Source of the DNA: Geosiphon pyriformis uo1
Taxonomy: Eukaryota > Fungi > Glomeromycota
Length of the DNA: 64,000 bases
Assembly (NCBI GenBank): GCA_016748015.1
Contig: JAAOMT010000003.1
Span: forward strand, 1,430,373-1,494,372
Direction of reading: 5' to 3'
Shown: positions 41,720 through 53,838 of the stretch, piece after piece
Numbering within the stretch: the first letter of the stretch is position 1
How the letters are laid out: every line of letters begins with the position of its first letter
Notes under the pieces: model-generated
The model's database searches: none
What the model was told of the DNA's origin: nothing
What the model saw: the letters and a program-made list of their open reading frames with translations, nothing else
Made by a program: the position numbers and the translations under genes

Positions 41720-42882
41720 TATTTGCCTCTGCTGCTTTTAAATAGAATTCAAGTTCTCCATCCATTTCGATAATATGTTCTAATATTGGTTTGTGGACTC
41801 GGATTTCTATTTCGATAATATGTATCAAGTTTTATTTATCCAAATAAACTTCCCGCCTCTGCTACTTTTGCATATAGTTCAAATGCTTTCCTCATTTTTC
41901 GTCGTTCCACATCCATTTTGATAGCACAATCCAAGTTTGTATTGTGCTTTTGTAAGACCCGCCTCTGCTGCTTTTGAATAGAGTTCAAATGCTTTTTCCT
42001 CATTTTTCATCGTTCCCCATCCATTTTCATAACACAATCCAAGATTGAATTGTGCATCTAAACTTCCAGCTTCTGTTGCTTTTGAGTAGAGTTCAAATGC
42101 TTTTTCCTCATTTTTCGTCGTTCCCCATCCATTTTTATAGCACAATCCAAGGTTATTTTGTGCTTTTGTAAAACCCGCCTCTGCTGCTTTTGAATAAAGT
42201 TCAAAGGCTTTTTCCAAATTTTTCATCGTCCCAATCCATTTAAATAACACATTCCAAGATTGTATTGTGCATCTAAACTTCCAGCTTCTATTGCTTTAGA
42301 GTAGAGTTCAAATGCTTTTTCCTCATTTTTCATCGTTCCCCATCCATTTTCATAACACAATCCAAGGTTATTTTGTGCATTTGTAATACCCGCCTCTGCT
42401 GCTTTTGAATAAAGTTCAAAGGCTTTTTCCAAGTTTTTCGTCGTTACTTCTCCATTTTGATAATAAAGTCCAAGATTGTATTGTGCATTTGTATTTCCAG
42501 CCTCTGCTGCTTTTGAATAAATTTCAAATGCTTTTTCCTCATTTTTCGTCGTTCCTTCTCCATTTTGATAACAAACTCCAAGATTGAATTGAGCTTTTAT
42601 ATTACCCGCCTCTGCTGCTTTTGAACAATATTCAAAAGCTTTTACTTCGTTTTTCGTCGTTCCCCATCCATTATCATAACAAAATGCAAGACTGAATTGT
42701 GCATCTGAATCTCCTGCCATTGCTGCTTTTAAATAACGTTTAAATGCTTTTTCCTTCTTTTTTTGATCACGCTTAAGATTTTGTTTTGGAAAAATTGTTA
42801 AACTTTTTTTGATAAAGTTAAAGGTTCCTATAAGACAATTAGGAGATGAAATTGCGTTTTCAAGTGATAAAGTAGAAGACAT
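41720..42882 (-). pseudogene. Sel1-like repeat (SLR) gene with 108-bp tandem units, frameshifted
   Basis: About 8-9 36-aa repeats [33 protein letters not shown]. One-base losses near 42230 (GGA ACG to GG ACG) and near 41888, then decay. Confidence 0.8.
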
Positions 42883-43976
42883 GATTTTTCAAATAACACA
42901 AAGGAATTATTGATCTTTAAATATTTGGTATAGGGAAAGAAGGGTTTTTTATACTAATTCAATCTAAATCACATTCCCGAAAAAGCTAGGCTTTGTAACA
43001 TTAGAATATAAAAAAAAAACTTCTGAAAATAGACAATTCATTGACGGGGGTAGAGATAGTTCGGGGCAAAAAGGTTATTGTCTTAATTGGTAATTTGTAG
43101 CTTTATTGATGACTGCTGCTGAAGCAGGTTTTCTTTACACCACATGATCAAAATTTAAATTACATTTAATACTATATAATTTATACACTAGTTAATAATG
43201 TTATTTTGTGTAAATAAAAATAAAAAGTAATAAATTTTGTTAATTTTCAGTATAATTGATATCGGTTAAGTAAAGTTTTATTAAACAAATGATTTCAATC
43301 TCAAGTGGCATTTGTCTTGACAAATTATTTTGGAAATAAAAACCTTTTATCAAGATTAAATTGATATTTTATCATAGAAGCAAATGATTTGGAGCATTCA
43401 TTTTTAATGAAAACATGATTATTTTTCATTTACTTTTATAAATATGATGTTAGTTTATCAAAAAAATTTTGCTAGCATATTAAAAACTTTGAATTATAAT
43501 ATTCCATATAAACAATATGTGATATTCAAGTTATCTTAATCTAAGACTTTATTAAAAAATTGGGTTGTAAAAATTTATTGACAACTTATAACCTAACTTT
43601 ATTATTATCTATGAAAATTTTAAAGTTTTACTATCAAGTAAAATGTGAATGCTAAGATTTGTAATCATATTAGAACATAAAATTTCTTTAAATGAAGCAG
43701 CAATAGTTCAAAGCTAAGCATCAGTGAAAACATTATGAGCAAAATTCTGTAAAATATGGCCCAAAGATTTCAATTTTTATCAGTCAAAAATCCGAAGATC
43801 AATAATAAAATGATTAATTTATTTTCAAACTTATCGGAAATACTGAAATGCAGACTATTTCCAGAATGGTCCAAATCCAATGCAAAAACTAGGTCAATCA
43901 AGTTAAAAACTGGATCAATAATCAAATTACATGTAGTAACAACAAACTAAAATTAGATGTGTGATATAATACCTTT

Positions 43977-45486
43977 TTAATTCGTAACGCACTGTTTCAT
44001 TGTGACTCCAAAATAAGGGCCATAATGAGCTAAATTTTGTCCATCTTCTGAATCTTTTGTGGACAAATTACAATCCTAAATTTTTCAAAATTTTTTTAAT
44101 GTTTTTTATTAGTCAAAAGAAAAATTTTGTATTAAAATTCTTATCTTACAGGATTTTCACCAAATCTATTGACAGCCTTAATATGATAACCTTTGCAACT
44201 TAAGGTTATAAATCCATCCGGCATCGGTGCTGTTTTTCGAGCATTATTATTTCCAATACAATTACAATCGGCGGTTGTTATCCAAAATTCTTCCTCATGA
44301 TGCATATAAGGTGGAGGAAGAAATAACCTGGGTACCCAATCATTGGTGTGAGTTACTCGGGTTACTTCGAGGTATACGTTTACTAGGGTCGCGTACATTT
44401 CTAACCCGACTCGAGGTTGTCCAAATGTTATTACTCGAAGCCTGGCTGGGTGATTTTTACGTTTTGAGGATTGGAAATGATAAGATAAGCCGGCTAAGGA
44501 GGCGTAGGCTAGTAAAAAAAATGAATTTGAATGCTCAAGATGTCTGTCTAAGAGTGAAAAAATCAAAATTTATAGTTAAAATAGTACCGACCACCACCAA
44601 TTCCATGTCCAATGAATATAACAGGAGCAATTTTAAAAATTTCCGGATATTTTTTAATAGCTTTGTCAATACCGTCAGTGATTTGTGGTAACTCAAGTTC
44701 AACCGGATTATAAAATTGGGTATCCACGAATGCTTCTATTGACGTTGGTGTATCATTAGTGTATTGAATTAGGTCCATTGTGCTCGTTTCTGAATGTCTC
44801 ATCCATTGTTCCCGTATATATTCAGGTCCTTTAAAGTTGACAATAATTCTTTGTTTTTTAGAATATACTAAAACTGTTGCTGGTATATTTGAAAAATATT
44901 TGGAGAGCTAGAGTTGATTAAAATAAAATTTTATTTCAAACATTTCAATTACATGCAAACCTATTTGTCCTTCATGAGTGATTTCTACATTAGGTGAAAT
45001 GCCACAATATGCGTAATTTGTAATTTCGGCTAATTCTTTGTAAAAAAGATATGGAATATTCGTCCTTCTCGGTTTGTTTGCTTGTTTTTCTCGTTTTGCA
45101 TGCATAAATTTATAAATATTGCTTTTAAGTTTTTCATTTTCTATTGCAAGAGCTTCAGAGAGGATAACGGTGGCTTTTTGCCGTGGAAGATCAAGTTTTA
45201 ATGAGGATACAGGAAAAATAACTTGGGGTTTTGAAGGTTTAAATGAAATGTTGAATGATTTGTCCCCAATTGAAAGTATTTTAACTCTTGTTTCAGTCTC
45301 TAAATCTTGCCAGATTTTTCCATCTTGACCACTGAAAAATTTAATGATCAAACCAAAACTGATTAGAAAGCTTATTACTAAAGCAAATCCGGTCCAAAAA
45401 TGAAATCGAGTGAATTTTTGCAATTTTGATTGATTGAGGAAAATCAATTTCGAGTTTAAAATTGGAAACTGGTAAGTTTGAACCAT
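43977..45486 (-). CDS. Lipase class 3-fold protein, predicted inactive (copy 2)
   Basis: TM FWTGFALVISFLISFGLII; YAYC; FKGP; FIGHGIGG| intron; VITFGQPRVG; RVTHTNDWVPR; HHEEEFWI; DCNC; last exon DCNL...AHYGPYFGVTMKQCVTN*. Confidence 0.88.
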
Positions 45487-47744
45487 TCTAATTTGTGGAA
45501 TTTGTAGTCACAATCCGAAATCCTTCTTCTAATTATCTAATACATGTAATTCTTGTTTATTTTAATTTTTTCAATTAATACTACTATAATTACAGGTTAG
45601 ATTCTCAATTTTGGCAATTGATCAGTTATCTTCCACAGGGATCGAGATGTAAGCCAGCCTCTTGATCGATTTTAATAAGATCTATTACTAGTGAATATAG
45701 AGCCAAATAAATTTAAAAATCCTTTATTAATTATATATTTTGCGTTTTTAGCTGGATGTCATATGTCATTAATATCAATTAATTCCTTCAAGAATGTGAT
45801 GTATAAATTTGGTTAACCTCGTATTTAACAATCTTCAATCCATAAAATTAATGTTTTTCAAAAAATTGTCTTTATTCCGTGTTACCCACATGAACGATTA
45901 TTTAACTCGTCTTTCAAAAATTAGTGCAATTTTGCATCTTTCATTCGAAGTCCGGATTGAATCAGATTATAATTATTCAGCTAATAAAGATAATGACATG
46001 ACTTATCTTTGCCATATCCCCATCAATACATTAAAGATAAGTTTTTTCTATATTAAATATGTATTCATTGAATTTCAAATTATTAAACTTTTCTTAAGGA
46101 ATGCATTAATTCACAACCTTTTACATATAAAGATGCAGATTTTGGTCTTTAGTTTCAACATATAATAAAAGAGTATTTACATTCAGATTTTGAAAAATAA
46201 TGATTTATACATTAGAATAATCAAAAACTATTTGACTCGATATTGGCCTTCCATTATTTATCAAAGTATTCTATTGAATCTTCCCATTTTATAACTTTTT
46301 TTAATAATTCAATAGAAGATTCTTGTAAAACATTTAAATCATGAGATTTTTGCCATTATTAGTTTAATTTTCACTTAGAGTGTATTATATCTAGTGTTAA
46401 AAATATATATATATACACCATTTATTAAACTGATATTTTCCAAAGCTATTTTTACTAAAAAATAACCTTTTTTTTATTAGAATTTATTTGCAAATAATTT
46501 TATAGCAAAATACATTATAAACATTAAAATGCAATTAAAATTCAAAAATATTAATTAAATAATCGACTAGACATTTTTCAGAATTTAAATAATAATGTCA
46601 AATGTTTTATTTGTTTGATATTTAATTGTTCATAATATTTATACATTTAGTTTTTTTATGATCAAGCAATTTTTTAAAGAATTTCAAATAATCTGAATTA
46701 TTAAAAAAAAAATTGATTTTCTTTATTTAAAATACTTAAGCATTTATACAACATTTCAATTCTGATTCAAATGTTTTTACTAATTGTCACTTTGAAAAGT
46801 TATTATTTTTGCTTATGGTTTTGGCAGACTTTTTAATTAAATTAAGTATACACGAATATTTGAAAAATAACTTTTATTTCATGTTACTATTTGAAAAAAA
46901 AAAAAATTAATTCATTAGCCTTATTAACTTTCGCAAAGAAAATATTTAAGCGAAATTTCCCATTAATCATCCGCTATACATTTGAATGCTTAAGAGTTTA
47001 CCCGGTTATTTTATTTTTAATATCAAGTTAATAGGGTACTTTATTTAGTTTTTCCTATTTTAGCCTGTAGAAATCATATTGCCTTGGGAATATTAAATAT
47101 TGGATGTAGATCGCCGAAATCTTGATTCGAAGCGATCTTCCGATTCTTTTTATGTTTATTTGTGTATTTATTATTCTAAACTAATGAAAAGAATAATTGA
47201 AAATCTAAATTTTAATAAATCACAATACTCAAATAATTAATAGATTTTCCTTTTTTTCGCGAAAAACTCAAGATTGCAATAACCAAATTTCTTATATTTA
47301 TTATTAGAAAAGATCATGCTAGTTACTTTGGTGAAAAATTTTAATAATATTTTATTCCATCATTTTCAGGACTGGGAGAAGTAAAATATATATATTTATG
47401 ATTTTGATTACTTTAAATGCTATGCGTAGAAATAATTAGAAAAGAAATATGATTATAATTTAATTAATTATTATTATTTAGATATAACAAATTTTTTTTC
47501 TGAATAATCAGAACCTTTAAAAATCCTTAATGGTTTATTTTTTATAAGAAATTTATATAGATGGAAGCAATAACCATAAATATTTTTTTGGGCTAACCAT
47601 TACATTATAATTGTAATCTCAAATATCTCTTAATAATTATTAAGAATAAACCATGGTTTCGTATTGTTAGATTTTCCTCAATATCAAGTAAAAACTCAGG
47701 TTCTCTCTCCCAAAATAAAGCATCTCTAATTTTAGTGAGGCGCA

Positions 47745-49207
47745 ATGATTCTCAATCATTTTTGGGAAAAAAAGAAAGGGTTCTTTGCAAGACAAATTAT
47801 ATTTCTTTTCATCCTTATTCTAGCTACTCTCGAAATTCTTGTCAATGAAGTCGAAAAATATTACTTAACTAGAGCAAAATTATCTGAAAATAGGTTAACC
47901 TGGTTAAATAATCAAGACTTTTTTTATTTGTGGCCAGCAACACTCCAAAATAATAAGACCTTAAGTAAACGTGAATTAATAGCAGCTGGCCCTTCAAGAG
48001 GTTTCGGTGGCAGCTCTAGAAAGAAATCCCCTCCTAAAACACTAGTTACTGATCCGGAGATTATAAATTTATTAAAAACGATGGCGTTGTGGGCAAATAT
48101 GCCGTATTGCACTCCTAACCAGAAACTTGTAAAAGATTCCTTGGGATTAATTTGTAATGAAAATCTCTCTTTTAATTTGTAATTATTTGGAAAAAAAACA
48201 CCATTTTCAAAGCCTAAATTTTCATATTCACGATCTTATTTGCAATGAAAGTTGATATGTCAATACAAACGATAAGGGGAAAGGAAGGATTAATAATTTA
48301 TTTTCGTGGTGGGTTTTCTAAAACTTCCTTTGAATTTAATTTAAATTTAAACTTCAATATTTTTCTTTAAGGACCTGAACTTACTAGAAAGCAATGGGAT
48401 GCCAGGAAATTTTATTTGGAATTGGATAATAGAAAAAATCGAAATCCTTGGCCAATAGATTCTGAATGGCCTAAGGTGCTTACAAAAGGAGTAATCAGTA
48501 ACATTTCAAGGCAAATTGCAGCTTTTAGCTCGAGCCTTACTGGCGATACAGTGTTCATTTATTTTACGGGCCATGGAATAGGAGGGGGTAATGCTATATT
48601 TAAAATTTGTATATAAATATGATAAAGTAAATTAATTTTTATATTTTTTTTTGGATAATAGTATATGCCCTATATTTCGCTATAATATCTCTGATCATGG
48701 TAAAAAATTTAACTCAAAGACTAATCATCGATGGTAGGAAGATGGAAGTCGCAGTTATTACATTTGGACAACCAAGAGGGGGAAATTTTGATTTTGCAGA
48801 ACGCGCAAATGATTACGTGAGATTGAAACTTCTCAGAATTTACCGTGTGACCCACTCAAATGATCATGTGCCACAGCGACCATATTTAGAGTCGACTTCA
48901 AAACCTTGGTTCCATACCGACCGAGAATATTGGATTTCATTGAATTGTGATTGTTCGCAAAAAAAAGAGCCTGAATATGAACTTTTTGAATGTCCAGGAT
49001 ATTCTAATACTGATTCTAAAAAATACGGAGAAAATAAGGTAATTCCCTCAAGGTATTTTTTTTCGAGAGTTTAACTTTATATTTATTTTCTGATAACTTT
49101 AATAGGAATGCAATCTTGGTACTGATGGGGCAAGTAACACAGCTAATTATGGTCCATACTTTGGAACCACTTTTGGAAAATGCAATAAGTTTTTTGAATT
49201 GAATTGA
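47745..49207 (+). CDS. Lipase class 3-fold protein, predicted inactive (copy 3)
   Basis: TM QIIFLFILILATLEILV; LSKR; MPYC; short exon ...IIYFRG|PEL; FTGHGIGG (48569-48586) then intron; VITFGQPRGG; RVTHSNDHVP; HTDREYWI; CDC; last exon ECNLG...ANYGPYFG...C...TGA 49205-49207. Confidence 0.86.
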
Positions 49208-50029
49208 ATTGAATTGATTTGGTCTTATAATCAAGTATTATATAACCAAAGCAGAATTTTTAATAAATAAAGATAATGTTGGAGAGTCTTTTTAAATCTA
49301 ATTGATTTTGATTCTTAAAAGAGAAAAAAAATTTATATTGAACAAAGTTCAATATTTAAAAATAGAATAATATAGTTAATTGCAAAATTTTTTTTTAATT
49401 ATTAATGAAAAAAATAGGATTTACAATTTATAGAACTTTTAAGATAAACCTTTATTGGCATAAAATATTGTAGCATTCAGTTTATATAGAAAAAGTCTTG
49501 TCAAATTCAGATAGATTTATCCTTTGATATATTTGATATTATTCTCTTGATAATGAAAAAAATAAATTTTCAAAACTTGATTAATTTGTACCTAAATTTC
49601 GTTTATTTGAGTGTGAAATTTAGGTCATTTTTTAATTTGAAAATTTAAATATATAATAAAAAGTTGCAACCATTTAAACTTTTTATCTGGATTTGTGATT
49701 TCATTGTCCATTTTAATTTAAAATAGCTGAAGTTTCTTATTCCTAATATTATTATTTTAAAGCAAAAAAATACTCTTTGCTATTTTTATTGAAGTTTTAA
49801 TTATTTATACAGAATTAGGTTAAAATAAAAATTTCAAAATAAGTGGTACCTGTTCAAAGTAAAATATATCACCTAAAAATTAAATTTCACAATAAGTAAC
49901 AGCCCAAATACAATTGATATTAAATATGCTTTTAAAAGGTTTATTTCTAAGATGTTTTATTTAATCACGATATAATTATAAAAAAGCCTTTGAATTAAAA
50001 CCCTCTAAATACATTTTAGGTAATTATTA

Positions 50030-51508
50030 TCAAAGATCACCACCAAAGCATTCACGCATTTTTATGTTGAAGTAAGGTCCATAATGTGGGGACATCAGTC
50101 GGTTATTTGAAATAGGCTGACCAGCATTGCATTCCTTCATTAAAAAATAATACATTTATAGGCAATTGAATTTAAATTGTGGAATTACCTTAACATAAAC
50201 CAGCAAATTAAATAGATATCAAATACAAACCAAGTTTTCCCCCGTTCCAGCAACAATATTTCGCTTGACTCCATGGCAAATAAAAAGAGCTTTATCATAC
50301 TCAATCAATGACTTTGGATTCTTAATTGAACCATCACAATGACAATCAGGTTCTGAAATCCAATATTCCAATTCATGGTGCTCAAATTCTCCTCTGGGGT
50401 TTCCATTTTGTGGGACAAAGTCATCAGTATGTGTAACACGAAACACATTCAAATGTTTATTTATATATTCTGCAAAGTTAGGCGTTCCAATCCGCGGTTG
50501 TCCAAACGTTATAGCTTGAACACCATATTTCACTTTTGGAAACATACTTGGTCGTCTCTGAGTGGAATGTAGGAATTCTAGAGCTGCTAATATAGCAAAT
50601 GCTTGAAATGACAAAAATATTTTACAATTTCGAGTTATTTTGGAGTCTATTAATGTTTGTTCATTAAAAAATTTGAATTTCTTATTACATACCACCGCCA
50701 ATCCCATGACCGGTAAAATAAACAATTGGATGTGGCCTTTCTTTTAAGTAAGGGTTCTCCGTGGTTAAAAGATATTTAATCTTTTCTAGAAGTAGTGGAG
50801 TCATAGTCAGGACGTTTTTATACCATTCGGCATCAACGGCTCCTACGAAAGTTTTCTCTGATATTGTTTTATATTTTATGAATTCAGCTCTCCTATTTTT
50901 CCAGTTATTCAAAGTTAAGGTCGGCCCTTTGAAATAGGCAATGACCACTCTATCAACCGAATCTATGAAAACATCAGCTATTTATAAAGAAAGGTAAAAT
51001 AATGTTGGATAACAATGAATTTAAGCTTTCTAGACGATGTAAAAAAAATAATATGATATGTAACTAAACCTTTAATATCGGTCCTTCCTTTGATAGCCTT
51101 TCCAACTTCATTATTATCCAAACAATAGCCCAAATTTGCATACATTGCCATTTCACCCAAAAATGAGATCATTTTAAGGTCTGTAACTATCTTTTTTTGT
51201 GGATAAGGCGATGAAGGACTACTAGGTTGTCCTTTAAATTTTGGAGAACCATCATTTTGGCGTTTACTAAATCTAAAATCATATTTATCATGAGAAAATT
51301 TAAGCGACGATATATTTTTTCCTTTTCGAGTAATCACTAATGTAGTAAAATTGTGATTTGGATGATAAACACTTAAAGTTGTCGACTTTAGCAATTCAGA
51401 GATACTAATTCTAAAGAGTTTTAGATGCCATGATCTGTAAAAAATCAACACAGAAATGAGTCCAAAAGCATAAAAGGTGAGTTTTGAAGATTTAAATCTT
51501 TTTTGCAT
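50030..51508 (-). CDS. Lipase class 3-fold protein, predicted inactive (copy 4; left arm of inverted duplication)
   Basis: MQKRFK...FYAFGLISVLIFY; FSKRQ; LGYC; YFKGP; FTGHGIGG|; ITFGQPRIG; RVTHTDDFVP; HHELEYWI; CHC; ECNAG...PHYGPYF...ECFGGDL*. Confidence 0.88.
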
Positions 51509-52361
51509 TGCTAAAATTTCAATGTTAATGATCTTCGAAAACGCCTCATTTAAATCATACAAAAATCGTTATCTAGTTTTTATTTTTCAGTGAGCAATTT
51601 CCGAATTGGGCTCTTTATTTAGGTGGGATAATCACCATGTGATTGAGAAGGGTAAAAGTTGAGTTAGAGGTTAAAATTAAGATAATGGGAAAGTTTCTAT
51701 TAAATAATAAAAATATCAAATTTTCTACGCAAAAACGATTTGTCTATACAATAAATAGGAAGCAGTCAATGTTTTGCTAATCGTATTTTTTCGTCATAAA
51801 CTGAGGGATAAAATGAAAAAATGATCGAGATTAGTTCAGGTTTAACCGAATTTTGTTGACCATACTCTAGTTATCCGAATTTGAAAGGCTTGTAGAAATA
51901 AACAAAGAGTACTAGAATTCGAATTTTTTTTAAACTTTAAAATTATTTATCATCTTATATCAAAAAGAAGTAAAATAAATTTCAGAATGGTTTTTTGACC
52001 AAAAATCCAGCTTTAAAATCAGACAGCTCACTATAAATATGTCCAAGTTAAAATACAATGTCGCTTAAAAAATCGATTTGCACGAAAAATTTGAATCTTT
52101 TACATGTGCATGTATAAAAAATGTGCACTAGCTTTTCTTTTAACCATTTATTTGTGTGATGATTGTTTCACCCAAATAAAGAGTTAATTTGGAAATTCGT
52201 CAATGTAAAATTTAGCAAAATGAAAACTAGGTAGTGATCTTTGTATAATATTTTTACCAATAATTTATTCATCACACTTAAAGATAATATAAAGTAGGCG
52301 TTTTCAAGATGATCAAACTCTCGCTCATCGTCAGAAATATTAACATTTTAGCATTCAACCA

Positions 52362-53838
52362 ATGGAAAAAAGATTTAAACCTTCAAAGCTCACCTTCTTT
52401 TGTGCGTTTGGACTCATTTCTGTGTTGATTTTTTACAGATCATGGCATCTAAAACTCTTTAGAATTAGTATCTCTGAATTGCTAAAGTCGACAACTTTAA
52501 GTGTTTATCATCCAAATCACAATTTTACTACATTAGTGATTACTCGAAAAGGAAAAAATATATCGTCTCTTAAATTTTCTCATGATAAATATGATTTTAG
52601 ATTTATAAAACGCCAAAATCATGATTCTCCAAAATTTAAAGGACAACCTAGTAGTTTTTCATCGCCTTATCCACAAAAAAAGATAGTTACAGACCTTAAA
52701 ATAATCTCATTTTTGCGTGATATGGCAAGGTACGCAAATTTGGGCTATTGTTTGGATAATAATGAAGTTGGAAAGGCTATCAAAGGAAGGACCGATATTA
52801 AAGGTTTAGTTACATATCATATTATTTTTTTTACATCGTCTAGAAAGCTTAAATTCATTGTTATCCAACATTATTTTACCTTTCTTTATAAATAGCTGAT
52901 GTTTTCATAGATTCGGTTGATAGAGTGGTCATTGCCTATTTCAAAGGGCCGATCTTAACTTTGGGTCAATGGAAAACTAGGGGAATCAATTTGACACAAT
53001 ATAAAACAAATTTTGGAGAAGCAGTGGATATCAGATGGTATAAAAACGTCCTGACTATGACTCCACTACTTCTAGAAAAGATTAAATATCTTTTAACCAC
53101 GGAGAACCCTTACTTAAAAGAAAGGCCACATCCAATTGTTTATTTTACCGGTCATGGGATTGGCGGTGGTATGTAATAGGAAATTCAAATTTTTTTATGA
53201 ACAAACATTAATAGACTCCAAAATAACTCAAAATTGTAAAATATTTTTTGTTATTTTCAAATAAAGCATTTGCTATATTAGCAGCTCTAGAATTCAAATA
53301 CGCTCTTCAAAACAACGAATACAAATTTCCTGAGCTTGATTACGATATTAAAGTTGTAACGTTTGGACAACCGCGGATTGGAACGCCTAACTTTGCAGAA
53401 TATATAAATAAACATTTGAATGTGTTTCGTGTTACACATACTGATGACTTTGTCCCACAAAATGGAAACCCCAGAGGAGAATTTGAGCACCATGAATTGG
53501 AATATTGGATTTCAGAACCTGATTGTCATTGTGATGGTTCAATTAAAAATCCAAAGTCATTGATTGAGTATGATAAAGCTCTTTTTATTTGCCATGGAGT
53601 CAAGCGAAATATTGTTGCTAGAACGGGGGAAAACTTGGTTTGTATTTGATATCTATTTAATTTGCTGGTTTATGTTAAGGTAATTCCACAATTTAAATTC
53701 AATTGCCTATAAATGTATTATTTTTTAATGAAGGAATGCAATGCTGGTCAGCCTATTTCAAATAACCGACTGATGTCCCCACATTATGGACCTTATTTCA
53801 ACATAAAAATGCGTGAATGCTTTGGTGGTGATCTTTGA
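52362..53838 (+). CDS. Lipase class 3-fold protein, predicted inactive (copy 5; right arm of inverted duplication)
   Basis: Same four-exon structure as copy 4; FTGHGIGG at ~53144-53167; VTFGQPRIG; THTDDFVP; PHYGPYF; stop TGA 53836-53838. Confidence 0.88.

Larger units (their letters stand above)
50030..53838. repeat. Large inverted (head-to-head) gene duplication, arms ~1.5 kb, spacer ~850 bp
   Basis: 50030-51508 is the near-exact reverse complement of 52362-53838, including introns. Confidence 0.95.

Noticed and set aside
41880-42760. Regular 108-bp repeats as a CRISPR-like array
   Set aside because: They are coding Sel1 repeats without unique spacers, in eukaryotic context.
45809-46165. 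118-aa ORF between lipase copies 2 and 3
   Set aside because: TTG start, AT-biased composition, no motifs; likely spurious.
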